Part shown: one piece after another, positions 38,706-47,870 of the stretch
Position numbering within the stretch: position 1 is the stretch's first letter
Layout of the letters: every line of letters begins with the position of its first letter
From: a virus
Lineage: Duplodnaviria > Caudoviricetes
Reading direction: 5' to 3' (one strand)
Length of the DNA stretch: 57,826 bases
IMG/VR virus record: IMGVR_UViG_3300009103_000037
Location: 1-57,826 of that record
Notes under the pieces: generated by a model
What the model was told of the DNA's origin: nothing
Seen by the model: only the letters and a program-made list of their open reading frames with translations
Database searches by the model: none
Program-made: the position numbers and the translations under genes

Positions 38706-39143
38706 CTACCACTCATACTGAGGAAAGTCCTCATATTCTGGACCATCAGAGTCTAGGTCTAGGTACTGACAGCCATTTGACACAGCAAATAAAATAAGCA
38801 TTTTCAGTCCATCGCTAATAGATACTTTCCCCACTTCTTCTAGCAAATCTTCTTTTAAGTGTATTCTTGTGCCATAATGATGATCGTGGAGCGAGAAGAT
38901 TTCGGGAAAGTATGCTAACGCATCAAAGTCCTTGTGCTCTACATGGCGAGTTGAGGCCACCATAGTTTTATACGTTTCAAAAGAACTATCAACAGAAGAC
39001 AGACCCTCTGTTCCTCTGCTCTTATCTATCTTGGTCATCAATGATTCTATTTCAGAAGAATAATTATATTTAAATTGAAACGATAATGTATCAATAATAA
39101 GATTAAGCTCTTCTTCGGTTAGCTCCACTTTGCAAGTAGTCAT
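38706..39143 (-). CDS. Hypothetical protein (DUF5983-like C-terminus)
   Basis: STRHVEHKD...GCQYLDLDSDGP...YEW. Confidence 0.6.
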   Translation of the reverse strand: MTTCKVELTEEELNLIIDTLSFQFKYNYSSEIESLMTKIDKSRGTEGLSSVDSSFETYKTMVASTRHVEHKDFDALAYFPEIFSLHDHHYGTRIHLKEDLLEEVGKVSISDGLKMLILFAVSNGCQYLDLDSDGPEYEDFPQYEW

Positions 39144-39355
39144 CAGTATGTTCCAGTAAGAAGAGGGCTTAACTCTTCTGTGGCCTTAAAGATATAGTCT
39201 ATAGCATGATCTATGCTTTCAAACTTTGTTGTTACTTGATGACCATTACTAAGGTTAATGACAATGCCATTAGAGTCCTTTGCAATAGACGCAATATGTT
39301 CTGCGTTTACAACAACAATCTTTCGGGTTGTAGTTTCTATTGGAAGTAATTTCAT
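39143..39355 (-). CDS. Hypothetical protein
   Basis: AAGGAG SD; VNAEHIASI. Confidence 0.6.
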   Translation of the reverse strand: MKLLPIETTTRKIVVVNAEHIASIAKDSNGIVINLSNGHQVTTKFESIDHAIDYIFKATEELSPLLTGTY

Positions 39356-39366
39356 ACTGTTCTCCT

Positions 39367-40503
39367 TTATTCATAATCTCTTACGCTAATTCCAACGGGA
39401 AACCTTGGCCTACCGTCGTCAGTAAGCTCTTGATATTTAACGGTTAAGTCTTTGCCTACATAAGAGCTGAGGTTCTTATATATTTCAGCCCTATCTTCGT
39501 GAGTTCCCTTTGGCCTAACATCAAATTCAAGCCCGTCATTAGTTACGCACCTAAAGATCACAAGACCAGTTTCTCTGCCAGTGCCATCTTTCCCGCCGAT
39601 AATCTTAAACTCATTATCGACGAACCTCTTTACCTTCTGCAAATCATAAGAACGATGCTTATACTTGTATAGGCTGTTTTGGTTGCGAACCATCATTCCT
39701 TCGTAGCCGTTGCTGATAAACCTCGATTCATAAAGATCAAATTCCTCTTGGTTCTCAATATCAACTGTTTCTACAAACTTAATGTTATCAATAAGTCCGA
39801 TATGCCCGTTCCATTCTTTGCAATACGCTGGAAACATAGTGGTACACATAGTTCTCTTTGGAATCCTGTCCTCAAAAGAAAGGGTTGGATGGGGGCTGTC
39901 ATATATATGATACTCTAACAGGTCCGTATCAGCTCTCTTTTTCTTAACCGCAGAGATAATTCTTTGAAAAGTCCAATCGTGAACATAGATTTCTCCGTCT
40001 ACACACTGACCTTCGCTTAGCATTATCCCTAATTGAGTAGCGATTTTATCTGGAATATCCATTTCCTTGCCCTTTCTAGACCACATCAATATCTTGCCAT
40101 CTTCTTTTTTGGCAATCATTCTGACTCCATCTAGTTTAGGCTGTACCCAACATGGAAATTTAATCTTTGCACTATGCTTATCATATCTGTGGGCAAGCAT
40201 AGGAAGGAATAACCCGTCAGATGCAGATGGGATCTTGCTCTTATCCTCTACATATCCTGAATCTTTCTTGCGACTATGGGCAGATTTAGCCTCAGACAAT
40301 GCTTGTTCATAGGGAGAAGTTTCATTGGCTCTGCCAATATTTTTTCCTTCCTCTATATAGCGTTGGTCAAGTTGCTTCTTGCCATCTTCATAACCATGCT
40401 CAGTTTCGATATAGCAGGTTCCATCGGCCATTTTAAGAACCGAGATATTCCACTCCTTAATCTTGCCGTTAGTGGACCTTCCATACAGCGTAGATAAACT
40501 CAT
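39367..40503 (-). CDS. ATP-dependent DNA ligase
   Basis: PMLA, QPKLDGVR (adenylated Lys), DGEIY, YEGMMVR, KVK and PRFPV. Confidence 0.93.
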   Translation of the reverse strand: MSLSTLYGRSTNGKIKEWNISVLKMADGTCYIETEHGYEDGKKQLDQRYIEEGKNIGRANETSPYEQALSEAKSAHSRKKDSGYVEDKSKIPSASDGLFLPMLAHRYDKHSAKIKFPCWVQPKLDGVRMIAKKEDGKILMWSRKGKEMDIPDKIATQLGIMLSEGQCVDGEIYVHDWTFQRIISAVKKKRADTDLLEYHIYDSPHPTLSFEDRIPKRTMCTTMFPAYCKEWNGHIGLIDNIKFVETVDIENQEEFDLYESRFISNGYEGMMVRNQNSLYKYKHRSYDLQKVKRFVDNEFKIIGGKDGTGRETGLVIFRCVTNDGLEFDVRPKGTHEDRAEIYKNLSSYVGKDLTVKYQELTDDGRPRFPVGISVRDYE

Positions 40504-40698
40504 CTATTCCTCCTCATCAACATAGCCTAAAACTGTTAACAATATAATTCCATCCTCAACACCAGACACCTCCCAGGAAATGCCCTGAAGATATGGCTCT
40601 CCGGTTAAGTCGCAAAGATGATCGTTAAAATCATCAATAGTCATCCCAACAACATCGTCGAAATCTATTTCAACAACCTTTTTTACATCGTATGTCAT
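40504..40698 (-). CDS. Hypothetical acidic protein
   Basis: AAGGA SD; abuts the ligase gene. Confidence 0.55.
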   Translation of the reverse strand: MTYDVKKVVEIDFDDVVGMTIDDFNDHLCDLTGEPYLQGISWEVSGVEDGIILLTVLGYVDEEE

Positions 40699-40811
40699 GT
40701 ATTTATTTCCTTTTTAAAACATTTAGAACAAAGAGGTTATAGGAAAAAACCGCAGAAAATCCTGAGCTAAAAATAATACAGGCCAATACAGCCGCTTCAT
40801 ATAAAAACTGC

Positions 40812-41039
40812 TTACTCAAACCTAAACCCCTCTTCAAGTTTTTCAGTAGGAATTCTAAGCGCCATATAAACATTATCGTTAGGGCTGATCAAAGTACCTT
40901 TTTGAGCGGGGCGATAAGCATACACTTTATGATCCCACTTTAAAAGGCTCCATTCAAGACGACTAAATAAGACACTTTTAATATGAACCCCTAAGGATAA
41001 TCCTGCTGTAAAAATAATTATACCAAGTATTACTGACAT
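40812..41039 (-). CDS. Membrane-anchored hypothetical protein (start MSVIL)
   Basis: N-terminal TM segment; promoter motif at 41095. Confidence 0.55.
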   Translation of the reverse strand: MSVILGIIIFTAGLSLGVHIKSVLFSRLEWSLLKWDHKVYAYRPAQKGTLISPNDNVYMALRIPTEKLEEGFRFE

Positions 41040-41126
41040 TTCACTACCTTTCGGGTCATGCCTGTCTCCGAATAAAAAACAGGCTCCCATACACTATAAC
41101 TGATGAAGAAATTTTTTTAATTAAAA

Positions 41127-42341
41127 TTAAAGAAGGCTACTTATCTTCGACACATAATCGTGTGATGCCTTGCTAGGCAGGTGGATGCCATCACATGAAC
41201 CACAAGTATAGCCAGACTCAAACACCCTTCCGCCTATAGTCTTGGGCGTACTATATTTGATGTAATCATATGGATTAATAAAGGTCCAGCCGTACCCCTG
41301 AACCATAGCTTCTACAGTTTTGTTTCTCTTGTTTCTTCTGTCATAAGTTTTGGCAAAACCCCTATCAGAGTTTAGGCTCTTGGCCCAACTTTTCCTTCTT
41401 CTTATCGGAGGTGGAGCGCCAGTCCATCTAACGGGAACTTCTCCCTTAGTGTATGAGTGAATAAGGTTAAGCAAATCTCCGGTTCCCGATATGCCATTTC
41501 CGTTTAAAGAAATGATTATTTTAGAAGGCCCCTTCTCTAGCATATTTATTAGGGTGGGATGATTGGCCCAGTAAGATGCTCTTGAACCAACTTTGGCAAG
41601 CCTCTTTCCCGAACCACCTGCGCTCATAAGGGCTTTACCAAGTGGTCCTGCCATCTGACTATCGCCAAGATAAAGTACGAAATCACCCTTTGTAATTAAG
41701 GGTCCTGCACCATCTTGTTCCGAGGAAGTGCTATGCTCTGTAGATGGCCTGTTTGCATAAGAATCAATTAAGTCAATCGTTTCCTTGTTTACAATTCCAT
41801 TAATTTTGCCTGAGTATTTTCCATCTGACGCCGCTTTTTCTTTAAACGCAATCACAGCTGATTTGGTTTCTCTTCCGAAAAGACCATCTATGCCGAATCT
41901 TGGAAGTTCAAAGCCAGCCCTTACCAGAGCCTTCTGTAAGCGCCTTACTGCTTTTTTATTTTTTGACCCAACCTTTAGGGTTGAACCCTCCTGAATGGAG
42001 TCAGGTCTTTCTTTGTATGGAGATTCAATAGACGCTGGAGGTGAGTTGCTATCAACCATTGACTTTTCTTTGTAATCCTTTGCCTGTGTTTCTGCACTAT
42101 CAGTCGGCTCATCAATAGACGCTGGAGGATTGTTAGTGGAGATAGGGGTCTTATCAATAGAGTCGGGAGGGGAAGAGACTTTCTCTTCACTCTCAGTGTC
42201 GAGAGCTTCTTTGAGCTTATCAAGCTTCTCTGTGGTCATAGGACCCTGTAGAGTTAGGACTCTAGAGGACTCTTTGCTCAAGCCTCTCTCTTTTAATATT
42301 GCCGCTAACCTTTTTAGCTTTTCGCCCATTAGACTGCTCAT
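41127..42341 (-). CDS. Targeting-motif + peptidoglycan-binding + SGNH/GDSL hydrolase
   Basis: KLKRLAAILKERGLSKESS; PP(A/D)SI repeats; LQKAL..IDGLFGRETKSAV; GDS, NGN and DGIH. Confidence 0.82.
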   Translation of the reverse strand: MSSLMGEKLKRLAAILKERGLSKESSRVLTLQGPMTTEKLDKLKEALDTESEEKVSSPPDSIDKTPISTNNPPASIDEPTDSAETQAKDYKEKSMVDSNSPPASIESPYKERPDSIQEGSTLKVGSKNKKAVRRLQKALVRAGFELPRFGIDGLFGRETKSAVIAFKEKAASDGKYSGKINGIVNKETIDLIDSYANRPSTEHSTSSEQDGAGPLITKGDFVLYLGDSQMAGPLGKALMSAGGSGKRLAKVGSRASYWANHPTLINMLEKGPSKIIISLNGNGISGTGDLLNLIHSYTKGEVPVRWTGAPPPIRRRKSWAKSLNSDRGFAKTYDRRNKRNKTVEAMVQGYGWTFINPYDYIKYSTPKTIGGRVFESGYTCGSCDGIHLPSKASHDYVSKISSLL

Positions 42342-42397
42342 GTTATAATTATGTTTATTAATAGTAATAACGCAAAAAGCAGAGACAAAAGCCTCTG

Positions 42398-42748
42398 CTA
42401 AAATTGCGCCTCTTGGCGTATATCATCAAATACAGGCCAACTATTATTTATAAGGTCATCAACCCAAGCAACGACTCTATTGGTTTTGCCTCCGATATGC
42501 CACTCTCTTATGTCGCATAAGTCTAGACCACCTTCTCCAAGATAGTTCTTTCCATCTTTCCAGTTATATATCGTTGCTATAGAGCCATCTTCAAATTCTA
42601 TAACCCATTCTGCATCAGACTTATAGTTATCGAAGCCTTCACATGGTGCTCCTAATTTTTCAATTATCTTGCTGTAATCAGCAATTATCTCACCTTGTAG
42701 ACAGGTTCCAGAGCAGCAAGCCTCATTTATAGAAGCGACTTTGGGCAT
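42398..42748 (-). CDS. Hypothetical conserved phage protein
   Basis: KSDAEW...ATIYNWK...EWHIGG. Confidence 0.65.
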   Translation of the reverse strand: MPKVASINEACCSGTCLQGEIIADYSKIIEKLGAPCEGFDNYKSDAEWVIEFEDGSIATIYNWKDGKNYLGEGGLDLCDIREWHIGGKTNRVVAWVDDLINNSWPVFDDIRQEAQF

Positions 42749-42943
42749 AGCGAATCCTTACAAAAGTAGTGTAAGCAAAAGAACTGAGGCTCCAAGGCTC
42801 ACCAGTATTTTTAGAAAGTTAATATCATCGTTATCAAAATATTTTCTCATATCTTCTCCTTATGTTATGAGGATTTGGGTGGAGGTGGGTCAAAGATATA
42901 TGATTGCTCATAATCTGGATATTGATTAAACAAGTTATCATAA

Positions 42944-43174
42944 TTATCCACAGGGTTCACCAATTCCTTCAAAGTTGTAGTTTCCGGCTCTAACTGCTTC
43001 TGTTGCTGCGCTTCTAGCTTCCTCATAATCATCCCGATCTTCCTCCTTGCTCTTACACTCCATGCAGATAAGTTTAGTAGAGTACATAGACATAATGTGA
43101 CTGCTTGTCTCTTTATAACAGCGTTGGCATAATTCAGACCAAACAGTCTCGCTATGGTCATTATGGTGATTCAT
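42944..43174 (-). CDS. Small zinc-finger protein
   Basis: CQRC...MSMYSTKLICMECK..E...NYNFEGIG; GAGG SD. Confidence 0.65.
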   Translation of the reverse strand: MNHHNDHSETVWSELCQRCYKETSSHIMSMYSTKLICMECKSKEEDRDDYEEARSAATEAVRAGNYNFEGIGEPCG

Positions 43175-43197
43175 TTCCTCACTCTCCTTAGGTATTA

Positions 43198-43353
43198 TTA
43201 CTCTTTATCCTGAGCATCCTGCTGAACAGTCTCAGTTACATCAGCTGCATCCTGCTGAACAGTCTCAGCTACATTGTTGTCAGTGCATCCACCAAAGTAT
43301 GCGCCAGCTGCGCCAATTAAAACCGCTGCAATTAAAGTCATTAAAATTCTCAT
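43198..43353 (-). CDS. Small lipoprotein with an 11-aa tandem repeat (51 aa; not in track)
   Basis: MRILMTLIAAVLIGAAGAYFVGC-TDNNVAETVQQDAADVTETVQQDAQDKE; GGAG SD; FVGC lipobox. Confidence 0.7.
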   Translation of the reverse strand: MRILMTLIAAVLIGAAGAYFGGCTDNNVAETVQQDAADVTETVQQDAQDKE

Positions 43354-43384
43354 TATTCTCTCCTATTGTTTGTTAGATTAAAAA

Positions 43385-43627
43385 TTATCTCGGAGCAAAA
43401 GATGCTGTCGCAAACCACATATCAGGCGGGTTAGCTTCATACCTAATGCTTTCAACCAAGTATCTTGTTGTACCAGCATCCTGCTTTAAAAGCAAAAAAT
43501 CACCATTTTTAATTCCAGAGTGCCAGCCAACTAGGTCTACACTCATACCTCCGTCACGAATCTCCATAACATTATAATTGCATCCCCAAGATTTTCTCGA
43601 TATATCATGCGTCATTACTCGCTCCAC
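43385..43627 (-). CDS. Hypothetical protein
   Basis: ORF in operon order; ..PPDMWFA. Confidence 0.6.
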   Translation of the reverse strand: MERVMTHDISRKSWGCNYNVMEIRDGGMSVDLVGWHSGIKNGDFLLLKQDAGTTRYLVESIRYEANPPDMWFATASFAPR

Positions 43628-43851
43628 TTTTCATATAGCCCTAGCTCATCGGCATCCATTTCATACGGATCAACATAATCAATCTCTCTGCTATTAGAAA
43701 GCTGCATATCAACTATGTCTACGATTTCATAATCAGTAATTTGGCTATGGTCAAAAGAGTAGTCTAAATCCTGAACAATCTCTTGAATGGAATCTTCTGT
43801 CTGACCATCTTCTAAATAAAGTTTAACGTGCAAATATACATAACTTCCCAT
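43615..43851 (-). CDS. Hypothetical acidic protein
   Basis: Stop/start overlap with its neighbour. Confidence 0.6.
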   Translation of the reverse strand: MGSYVYLHVKLYLEDGQTEDSIQEIVQDLDYSFDHSQITDYEIVDIVDMQLSNSREIDYVDPYEMDADELGLYEKWSE

Positions 43852-44570
43852 TACATAATCCCCAAAGTTTTCTTTTCCTTCTTGGAAAGAGTTTTAGTCC
43901 TAACGTATTGTCCCTTAATGGAACGCTCTCCGATAGCCTCAACGATCCAATCTTGATTCTTTTGAGACACAAAAGCAAATTCATCAAAAGTATCAGGCCA
44001 AGCTTCTAGGGAAGCCTTAAACCAAGTGCCATCACTTGCTCGTCTAATGAAGAAGACAGACGTATCTTTAGTTTTAATCAGATTGGGATTATCCTTTTCT
44101 TCACTCCAACTGTTCCAAGGTGGACGCTTTTCTTTTGGCTCCTTAAGAAGACCATGCTTATCTACATAAAAAGTCCAGCCATTCCGATAAAGAGGGGATA
44201 ATCCCCACCCGATTTTATGTGGCTTTCCATTTTTAAAGACGGGATAAAGCTCAACATAGTCAAACAAGTGTTGAAAGATATGATCTTGAACAATTCCTCT
44301 GCGGTCCATATTCTCGCAAATTTCAGAATAAACTTTATTCCAAGGTCTATTACAATTCTTTGCCAGATACCGAACAAGAGGCTTTAGGTATTCATTAAGC
44401 TCTTTTCTTCCCCACCAATTTCTGTCTTTAGGCTTCATAGAAGAGTAGCTAGGAAGGTCGTCATAATTGCCTTCTCTCTCCAGCCTTCTGCTCTTTTTTA
44501 CCTCACCATTCTTTCGACTGCTGCCAATGCGAGGGGTAGTGACCAGAACTTTATCCATATCTTTACGCAT
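43851..44570 (-). CDS. Hypothetical basic protein
   Basis: LNEYLKPLVRYL...WNKVYSEIC...FYVDKHGLL. Confidence 0.7.
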   Translation of the reverse strand: MRKDMDKVLVTTPRIGSSRKNGEVKKSRRLEREGNYDDLPSYSSMKPKDRNWWGRKELNEYLKPLVRYLAKNCNRPWNKVYSEICENMDRRGIVQDHIFQHLFDYVELYPVFKNGKPHKIGWGLSPLYRNGWTFYVDKHGLLKEPKEKRPPWNSWSEEKDNPNLIKTKDTSVFFIRRASDGTWFKASLEAWPDTFDEFAFVSQKNQDWIVEAIGERSIKGQYVRTKTLSKKEKKTLGIM

Positions 44571-44774
44571 ATCTAGCTCTTAATGAAGGGTTCTATTGAA
44601 GTTAGCGAAATATTCAGAAGCCTCTTTCAGACCCTCAGCTATAGCATCCCTTGTTCCTGAGTCAGTCAACTCTAGCTCAGCATACATACACTCATCTAGA
44701 ATTACCTTTACTATCCACCCACTAATATCAGATGCTAAATTCTTATTGTCCTCAGTCATACTTACCTCGTTAAA

Positions 44775-44852
44775 TGGTCGGCTGACCGAGACTCGAACTC
44801 GGAACCCTCTGTTTATGAGACAGACGCTCTAACCTGATTGAGCTATCAGCCG
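44775..44852 (-). tRNA. tRNA with CAU anticodon (elongator Met or Ile2)
   Basis: CGGCTGA/TCAGCCG acceptor, TCTGT-CTCATAA-ACAGA arm, GTTCGAGTC and CCA. C1-G72 is paired and there is no GGG run, so it is not an initiator tRNA. Confidence 0.92.
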
Positions 44853-45028
44853 ATATGTTTTATTTTATATCGAATTGAAACCAATAATAACCGTTTTCAA
44901 ACCCAAGCTCTTCGTCTATTACAACCTGTCCTACAATATAAGAGAGAGCCTCTGCGATATAAGCCCCATCATGGTAGTCTTTAAGTGGAACCTTTGGGGT
45001 GGGAAACTCAAGCCACATAACCTTCTTA

Positions 45029-45238
45029 TCATTCTTCATCAGAATATGACTCGACTTCTTCAACAGTTGTGTAAAAGCCTTCTCCGTCAATTCTATAAGA
45101 AGCGCGTACAGCTTTAGACTTATTCTCAAATTTATATGCTTGCTCTAAACTGCCCCACATAGACCAAGGAAAGAATGTGGTTGTTCCCACATAGAACCTT
45201 TCGTCCCATGAGACTCCTGACCGTTCTAATACATACAT
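45029..45238 (-). CDS. Hypothetical protein
   Basis: GGAG SD; promoter motif at 45256. Confidence 0.6.
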   Translation of the reverse strand: MYVLERSGVSWDERFYVGTTTFFPWSMWGSLEQAYKFENKSKAVRASYRIDGEGFYTTVEEVESYSDEE

Positions 45239-45299
45239 AGTTACTCCTGTCTCTATATAACCGATGAAGAAAATCTTTTACAAAAGTAGTCTACAGCTT

Positions 45300-45542
45300 T
45301 TATTTCGGCTGCTTGGAGAGATATAGGTTTATCTTGCTCCATAAAGTCTTAAACGAATCAGTGGGCCTGACTCCAGCTTTTCTCTTTAACTTTCTAAACT
45401 TTCTTCTTATAAGTCTTTTTTGAAGTTTGTTATATCCGTCAAACGAATCTTTGCCCGTTTCTTTGTTATGTCGCCACAGGTCTTTAGGCAGAACTCCATA
45501 GAGTGTTTGGAGTATATAAGCTTCGGAATTATCATCGCTCAC
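45300..45542 (-). CDS. Hypothetical basic protein
   Basis: GAGG SD and GTG start. Confidence 0.55.
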   Translation of the reverse strand: MSDDNSEAYILQTLYGVLPKDLWRHNKETGKDSFDGYNKLQKRLIRRKFRKLKRKAGVRPTDSFKTLWSKINLYLSKQPK

Positions 45543-45551
45543 ATTAAAGCC

Positions 45552-45828
45552 TCAATTCCATAAGAAGGATTACTAGCTACCTTTCGGCAAAAGTAGTGTT
45601 CATCTGTTTAATATTATAGAAGACCTATGAAACGTAGTGGCAAACGAATCATTTGACCGAGCTTTTTCATTATTATGCTTAACGCCACAAATTGTATGTT
45701 ACCGTCACTTATATATTTCGGCAACACGTTTCTGAAACCCACCCTCTCTAAAAAGACAACCAAACCTTTTTAGAGTAACTTCAGAATTCCTCTCCAATCA
45801 ATAGTGTTGAGCGACAACACATTGAATA
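45552..45828 (-). ncRNA. Putative structured non-coding RNA (~270 nt), family unknown
   Basis: No ORF in the track; at least six nested helices whose G-U pairs work only on the minus strand; starts right after the tRNA CCA. Confidence 0.6.
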
Positions 45829-45906
45829 TGGTAGGGCTAGTAGGACTCGAACCTACAACCGTTCCGTTATGAGCGGAAAGCTCTAACCAGATTGAGCTAT
45901 AGCCCC
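45829..45906 (-). tRNA. tRNA with CAU anticodon, probably Ile2 (lysidine)
   Basis: GGGGCTA/TAGCCCT acceptor, TTCCG-CTCATAA-CGGAA arm, GGTTCGAGTCC and CCA. Confidence 0.92.
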
Positions 45907-45917
45907 ATAAGTAATAA

Positions 45918-46142
45918 TTATAAGTCTTGCTCAAGACTTGATTGCCAAAGACAATCAGCCATCACTTGATCAGGACTTAGATCTGGAACACTTATTTCCT
46001 GCGAAGGACCATACATAATTATTGAGCCTCCGTCAGAATCCGATCTAACGCTGATAATTCGAGATAAAGCAATATAGGTTACATTCTTGTCTTTTGACCC
46101 AAGAATGTTTGAATGTGTTTCAAGTCTTAAAAAAAGTTCCAT
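45918..46142 (-). CDS. Hypothetical protein
   Basis: AAGGAG SD; promoter motif at 46164. Confidence 0.6.
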   Translation of the reverse strand: MELFLRLETHSNILGSKDKNVTYIALSRIISVRSDSDGGSIIMYGPSQEISVPDLSPDQVMADCLWQSSLEQDL

Positions 46143-46192
46143 GAACGTACTCCTTCAGAAAGATATAACTGATGTAGAAAAATTTTGTATTT

Positions 46193-47350
46193 TTATAATA
46201 CTGATTTTATAAGATCAATGTATCCAGAAATATTTTTTGGGTTATCAGGAGAGTGGTTCCAAATCATTTCTTCGCACCCATTGTTGTATATTTGTAATTC
46301 TTTCGAGCTAAGACCCCCATGCTGTAGGGCTTCTTTTAATTTTTCTTTTCCATCTAAAACATTACAGTCTTTATAATAATACCCATAACTCGAAAGGGCT
46401 TCCGAATTATGGACGAATGGGTATCCATTAAGCGCAAATTCAAAATATGTATAGTTAAGAGAGTTCATTATCTGATGACTCACCAAGACTCTGGCCTTAT
46501 TCGCAAAAATATCTATCATTGGCTCCCTGTTCTCTAAGGATAATACTTTATCTGCAAATACCTTTAGAGACTTTAGTCTTTGGCCCAAAACCTTTCCATT
46601 CTCCCCGCTTTTTAGAAATTTCGAATTAAAGACAAACCCGCTCCTTATTAACTCAGGAGTCTCTTTGTAAACTTCATTTATCATAATAATTGGAACTAGG
46701 TTTGTCTTCAGAAATGCTATGCTGGGTTCAACACAAGCCAAGGATTTATTTCTTTTATCTCCCCTCTTAAATGCAAGGCTATACTTTTCTCCAAGCTTCT
46801 GTTCATACATTTTTGAATATGTTTTTATAAAAAAGGGATTCCAAATATATGGGCACTGCTTCGCCTTATCTTCTGAGACTCCAGCTGTTAGCGCTATATA
46901 CTGCTTTTGAAACTCAAAGTGTGGACTATAAAGAAGAAGGTCTGGAGTAAAATTATGTGTAAGCCTAAACCACTCATTTAGATCATAAAGAGGCCTCATG
47001 TTTAAAGAATATTGAACGTAAGTTTCAATGTCCGAGCATAAGTTGTTTCCGTATTTAATAAGAATCAACTTAACTCCCATTGACTGTAAGACTCTAGCTT
47101 CCTTGCTACTCACAGAATAAGCAATCTGTATAATGATATCTTGTTTCTTTAATAGCTCTATATCATGCTTAAAGCTTTTTATCCCAAGAACATCCTTATG
47201 GCTACATGAGCCCTCAGAAATTAAATTTACATCAAACTCATTACTTTGATCAAGCATTTTCGCTAAAGACCAAGCGTTTTGATATAGACCATTTTTAAAA
47301 AAAGTACTTACATTTGTATTGCCCAGTATTGCTACTTTCGTCTTCCTCAC
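46193..47350 (-). CDS. DUF2827-like (glycosyltransferase-related) protein
   Basis: NGLYQN, SPH, PYIWNPFF, EPS...KTNLVP and SHQIMNSLNYTYFEFALNGYPFVHNS. Confidence 0.72.
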   Translation of the reverse strand: MRKTKVAILGNTNVSTFFKNGLYQNAWSLAKMLDQSNEFDVNLISEGSCSHKDVLGIKSFKHDIELLKKQDIIIQIAYSVSSKEARVLQSMGVKLILIKYGNNLCSDIETYVQYSLNMRPLYDLNEWFRLTHNFTPDLLLYSPHFEFQKQYIALTAGVSEDKAKQCPYIWNPFFIKTYSKMYEQKLGEKYSLAFKRGDKRNKSLACVEPSIAFLKTNLVPIIMINEVYKETPELIRSGFVFNSKFLKSGENGKVLGQRLKSLKVFADKVLSLENREPMIDIFANKARVLVSHQIMNSLNYTYFEFALNGYPFVHNSEALSSYGYYYKDCNVLDGKEKLKEALQHGGLSSKELQIYNNGCEEMIWNHSPDNPKNISGYIDLIKSVL

Positions 47351-47841
47351 AATGTATCTCCCGACCTTTTTAAAAGATCATACAACTTGCCTGGGGGCAT
47401 CCTCGGCGTATCATAGAGCTTTAGCTGCTTCCATGTTAACACCTTAGATACAGACAGGGCGTAGGCAACCCACTCGCTGCAATACCATTTATTAGGGAAC
47501 CTTACTTTGAATGGTGTTAGGTGAGAAATTATCATCCCCAGCCAATCGTAGCCTTGCCCTCTTGTGCTTTCTATAAAATTCCTTAGCGAGTTTAGTTGCT
47601 TCTCTGTTACGGTTATGTCAATAAAATCCCAATCCGCTTTCGGAAAGTTCCAGTCCACCTTCTGTATTCCCCCAAGTTTTTTCGTTCTGATTACCGGATG
47701 ATCTGGCGGGGTTATTCCTGTCATAGTTCCATTAGGCATAATGAGTTCTACATGACTATAGGGGCTGTCTGTCCACCACCTTACAATCCTATCCCTTCTA
47801 AGCCCCTCACCCTTGTAAAATGCTATCGTTATATCGCTCAC
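47347..47841 (-). CDS. Permuted papain-like amidase (YiiX/YebB, NlpC/P60 clan)
   Basis: SPYSHVEL precedes GQGYDW and KWYCSEWVA (His before Cys). Confidence 0.8.
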   Translation of the reverse strand: MSDITIAFYKGEGLRRDRIVRWWTDSPYSHVELIMPNGTMTGITPPDHPVIRTKKLGGIQKVDWNFPKADWDFIDITVTEKQLNSLRNFIESTRGQGYDWLGMIISHLTPFKVRFPNKWYCSEWVAYALSVSKVLTWKQLKLYDTPRMPPGKLYDLLKRSGDTL

Positions 47842-47870
47842 TAATCACCCCTGTCTATTTTATTTTATAG

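Noticed and set aside
45552-45828. RNase P RNA or group I intron
   Set aside because: GAGGAA and CUUAU-like words are present, but the P4 pairing cannot be formed in register, and no gene is interrupted. It is kept as an unknown ncRNA.
44775-45906. Initiator tRNA-fMet
   Set aside because: Neither CAU tRNA has the 1:72 C-A mismatch or the three consecutive G-C pairs in the anticodon stem.
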